A stretch of DNA of 64,000 nucleotides. It comes from Camelus ferus (taxonomy: Eukaryota). The DNA lies in assembly GCF_009834535.1 (NCBI RefSeq), contig NC_045697.1, forward strand, positions 14,820,001 through 14,884,000, written 5' to 3'. The first letter of the stretch is position 1, and each line of letters opens with the position of its first letter. This document shows, in pieces, positions 61,401 to 64,000 of the stretch. Below the pieces are notes generated by a model, which was given only the letters and a program-made list of their open reading frames with translations, searched no databases and was not told where the DNA came from. Both the position numbers and the translations under genes were made by a program.

Positions 61401-63477
61401 TACCAAACTAAATGCATTCCATTTCCTTTAGTGGAATCTATCTTTCCTCTACTATATCACTCTTTGTATCATGTTATACGTGTAGCATCAGTAGTCTCCA
61501 ATAGAGTAATAGTACCAATGTTTTGCACCTAGCCTCCCCCTCTATTCAATAAGAGGTATCCTTTTGCTACAGGTAAAATTAGAAGGAATTAAATAAAGCT
61601 TTTGGCTTCATAAACACTACTTTGAAGCTCTGAGCCACACAATCATGAAATCCAAGGTACTGAAATTATAAAAAGAGATTTTTTTAATTCTAAATTTTCT
61701 CCAGTATATCTATGTATCTGTATATCTATATCCATATCTCTATATAACTAGTATAATAGTGTTTTATTATAAACCATTGGTTGGAAAGAACTGACAAGAT
61801 TTATTTAAGGGAAGGTCCCATAAGGCAAAAAGAGGAATTAGAGAGTCTTCTGCTATCAAAAGAGAAAGATAAGTAGAAGAGATATGGGAGATTAAATGTT
61901 CACTTTTCCCTCTTGGGGGTGATGCTCCAGATGAAAACAGTATGAGTTCACTTTTCTGAGATGTAGTTATTTCATTGTGCTCTACTTATAGAAGCTTTGT
62001 TGCTATGGCTCATTTTTTGCATATGTAAGAATGCACCTAGCACAAAAAAGATCCTTTATAAACATTTGTTGAATGACAAAGTAACTTAGTAGTGCTAATT
62101 TAGGAGAGACAAAAGTTTAGTGATTAATTTCTAACATGTTTCCTTAACTGTTTCCCACATCACTCTTCAAAGCACCCCTTCCCATCCTTGCACTCCATGT
62201 CCACATCACACTGTTCCATCTAATGGATTTTTTTTTTTAATTTCACAGAGTTTCTGATATCAGAGGTGATGTGTTTTCACTAAAATTCACAGACAAAAAC
62301 CATGCTACTGGCTTTGCACTTCATTTAAATGTGCAGCATTCTATATTTGAGCCATGTGATTTAGGAGATTTTTTTTTTTTTTTTAATTCAGTGGTTCCTT
62401 GCTTTGCAAAGGCCGGATGGAATACAGGTAAAGAAAGGGATGTGTAAAAGCACTTTTACCTTTTTCATCACTAAAGGGACAGGTCTCTACATTTGGACTC
62501 TTTAATCTATCTATAATAGATACAGTAAAATATTGAAGAGAATTTCCTTTCTTTTTTTCAGGACCATCTCACAACACTCCTGCCAAATTTAAGATTTCTA
62601 AAATCTAAGAGAGAGGAAAACTTAAGCATTAAAAAATAGAACTTTAGGATATTCTAGAGTTTTCCATTTCTCTCTTATTGTATCACTATTAATTAGTAAG
62701 CATTAATTAACTGTCTTCCAGATAGGATACCCAGGGCCGTATGCTGGGAGGTACAGACCTGGGTAGTACAGATTCTGCCCCCAAAAGTACGCAGGGTATT
62801 TTAGTTTATTGATATTTTTCTAACCACTTTTTATAAATACCCCGCCCCTCATAACAAAATTTTTCATTTTGTTTTGTTGGCAAAACACAAAGAAGAAGAA
62901 ATTTATTCAGGTTAGATGAGAGAGATGCAAAATTAAAACATAAAGGGATAGGTACTGGAGACATATATATTTTCTATAAAATCCAAACTATTTTTTAAAG
63001 AAACATTTTAATTAAGCATTTAAATTCTTTTCTTCCCCCTCCTTTGCTCAAGGTGCTTTATATCAAGTTACATCCTCAGTACCTTTCACATCCATCATTA
63101 CCTTTCTATTCTTATAAATGCAGTCTAATTCAATCTGAGGGCAAGACCAACTGTTTTTGTGCAGGGTGTAGGGTTTTCCCAAACTGGAGTTGAAATTTCC
63201 AATGCATGACTAAGAAAATGTTCTGCTTAGTACAAGCTAGACCAAGAAAAGTGGACCTTAATACAGGGACTTTAGGCTAGGAAATGGTATGTCCAGGAGG
63301 AAATCTTAGGTAAAGATATAATATATTTCCCTGGAACAGTCACACTTGGTATTTATGGGTCAGGCAGTGTTAGGCACGTGGGATTAAATCCCGTAAAAAT
63401 TCAATTTTAGGATTTTCATTTTCAAACCATTATTTCCAACCTTCAGTAAAGTATTATTTAATGGCTTTGGAAAAAAC

Positions 63478-63738
63478 TGAGATAAAATTGGCAGGTAACA
63501 CTGTATTAGCTTTCAATGTACAACATAATGATTTGATATATGGGTACACTGCAAAATGATTACCACAATAAATTTAGTTAACATCCATCCCCACGTATAG
63601 TTAGAAAAAAAGGTTTTTTTGTGATGAGAACTTTTAAGATCTCTCTTTGCTACTTTCAAATATATCACACAGTATTAGGTGCCTCATTAGCGCAGTAGGT
63701 AGCGCGTCAGTCTCATATATAACACAGTATTGTTAACG
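63478..63738 (-). mobile_element. Old L1 (L1MA9-like) 3' terminal fragment, host of the half-tRNA insertion
   Basis: TGTACAACATAATGATTTGATAT; AAATGATTACCACAATAA; TAGTTAACATCCATC; TTGTGATGAGAACTTTTAAGATCT. Confidence 0.8.
63681..63717 (+). pseudogene. 5'-half tRNA-Met(CAT) tailless retropseudogene
   Basis: GCCTCATTAGCGCAGTAGGTAGCGCGTCAGTCTCATA matches nt 1-37 of mammalian elongator tRNA-Met as I recall it, with one CpG-type G>A; anticodon CAT at 63714-63716. No T arm, CCA or poly(A). Flanked by a 17-bp TSD. Confidence 0.88.
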
Positions 63739-64000
63739 TCTTTTTAAATGGCGTGGGCAATTAGGAAAGGAATAGTACGTATGCTTGGGGAAGGCCAGTG
63801 AAGCAAAGTGCAGCCTTCACTGCAGTGTGCCTCCTCTGTGGTCAGCTCAGAAGCAGAAGTAGTAGTCCAGTGGTGAGTCCAGTAGTCAGTATTTCCTGGG
63901 GATTCTCTGCAGGGCAAGAGGCTTAGTCTTTAGCTGGGGCCTAGGCTTTGAATAGGGGTAACTCCAAGTGTAGTCTGACTGAGGAGCAATGGTTCTCAAA

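Noticed and set aside
63681..63717. Intact tRNA-Met gene
   Set aside because: Only nt 1-37 are present, with no T arm/B box or 3' acceptor strand.
1..64000. A prokaryotic-style novel system (CRISPR array, defence operon, retron etc.)
   Set aside because: The sequence is mammalian and repeat-rich. There is no regularly spaced repeat-spacer array and no gene-dense organisation, and the only RT is an ordinary disabled L1 ORF2.

Overview
Mammalian nuclear DNA, AT-rich and CpG-depleted. It is most likely camelid (alpaca/llama/camel), judged from a Vic-1-like tRNA-derived SINE. There are no prokaryotic features (no operons, CRISPR, rRNA or intact tRNA genes) and no host protein-coding exon I can name. 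Much of the window is transposable-element debris: MIR, L2, MaLR/ERV LTRs, hAT DNA transposons and old L1 3' ends. It also holds one relatively young 5'-truncated L1 (10668-13270, with TSD), sitting directly behind a MER34-like solo LTR whose ATG is in frame with L1 ORF2. The best-supported curiosity is a tailless 5'-half tRNA-Met(CAT) retropseudogene with a 17-bp TSD (63681-63717). A marked + strand bias of LTRs and several minus-strand splice-site-flanked segments (46010-46025, 42000-42045, 16685-16811) suggest the window is inside a large minus-strand transcription unit. I found no convincing previously undescribed biological system. Repeat family names come from remembered consensus motifs, not a database search, and boundaries of old repeats are approximate.
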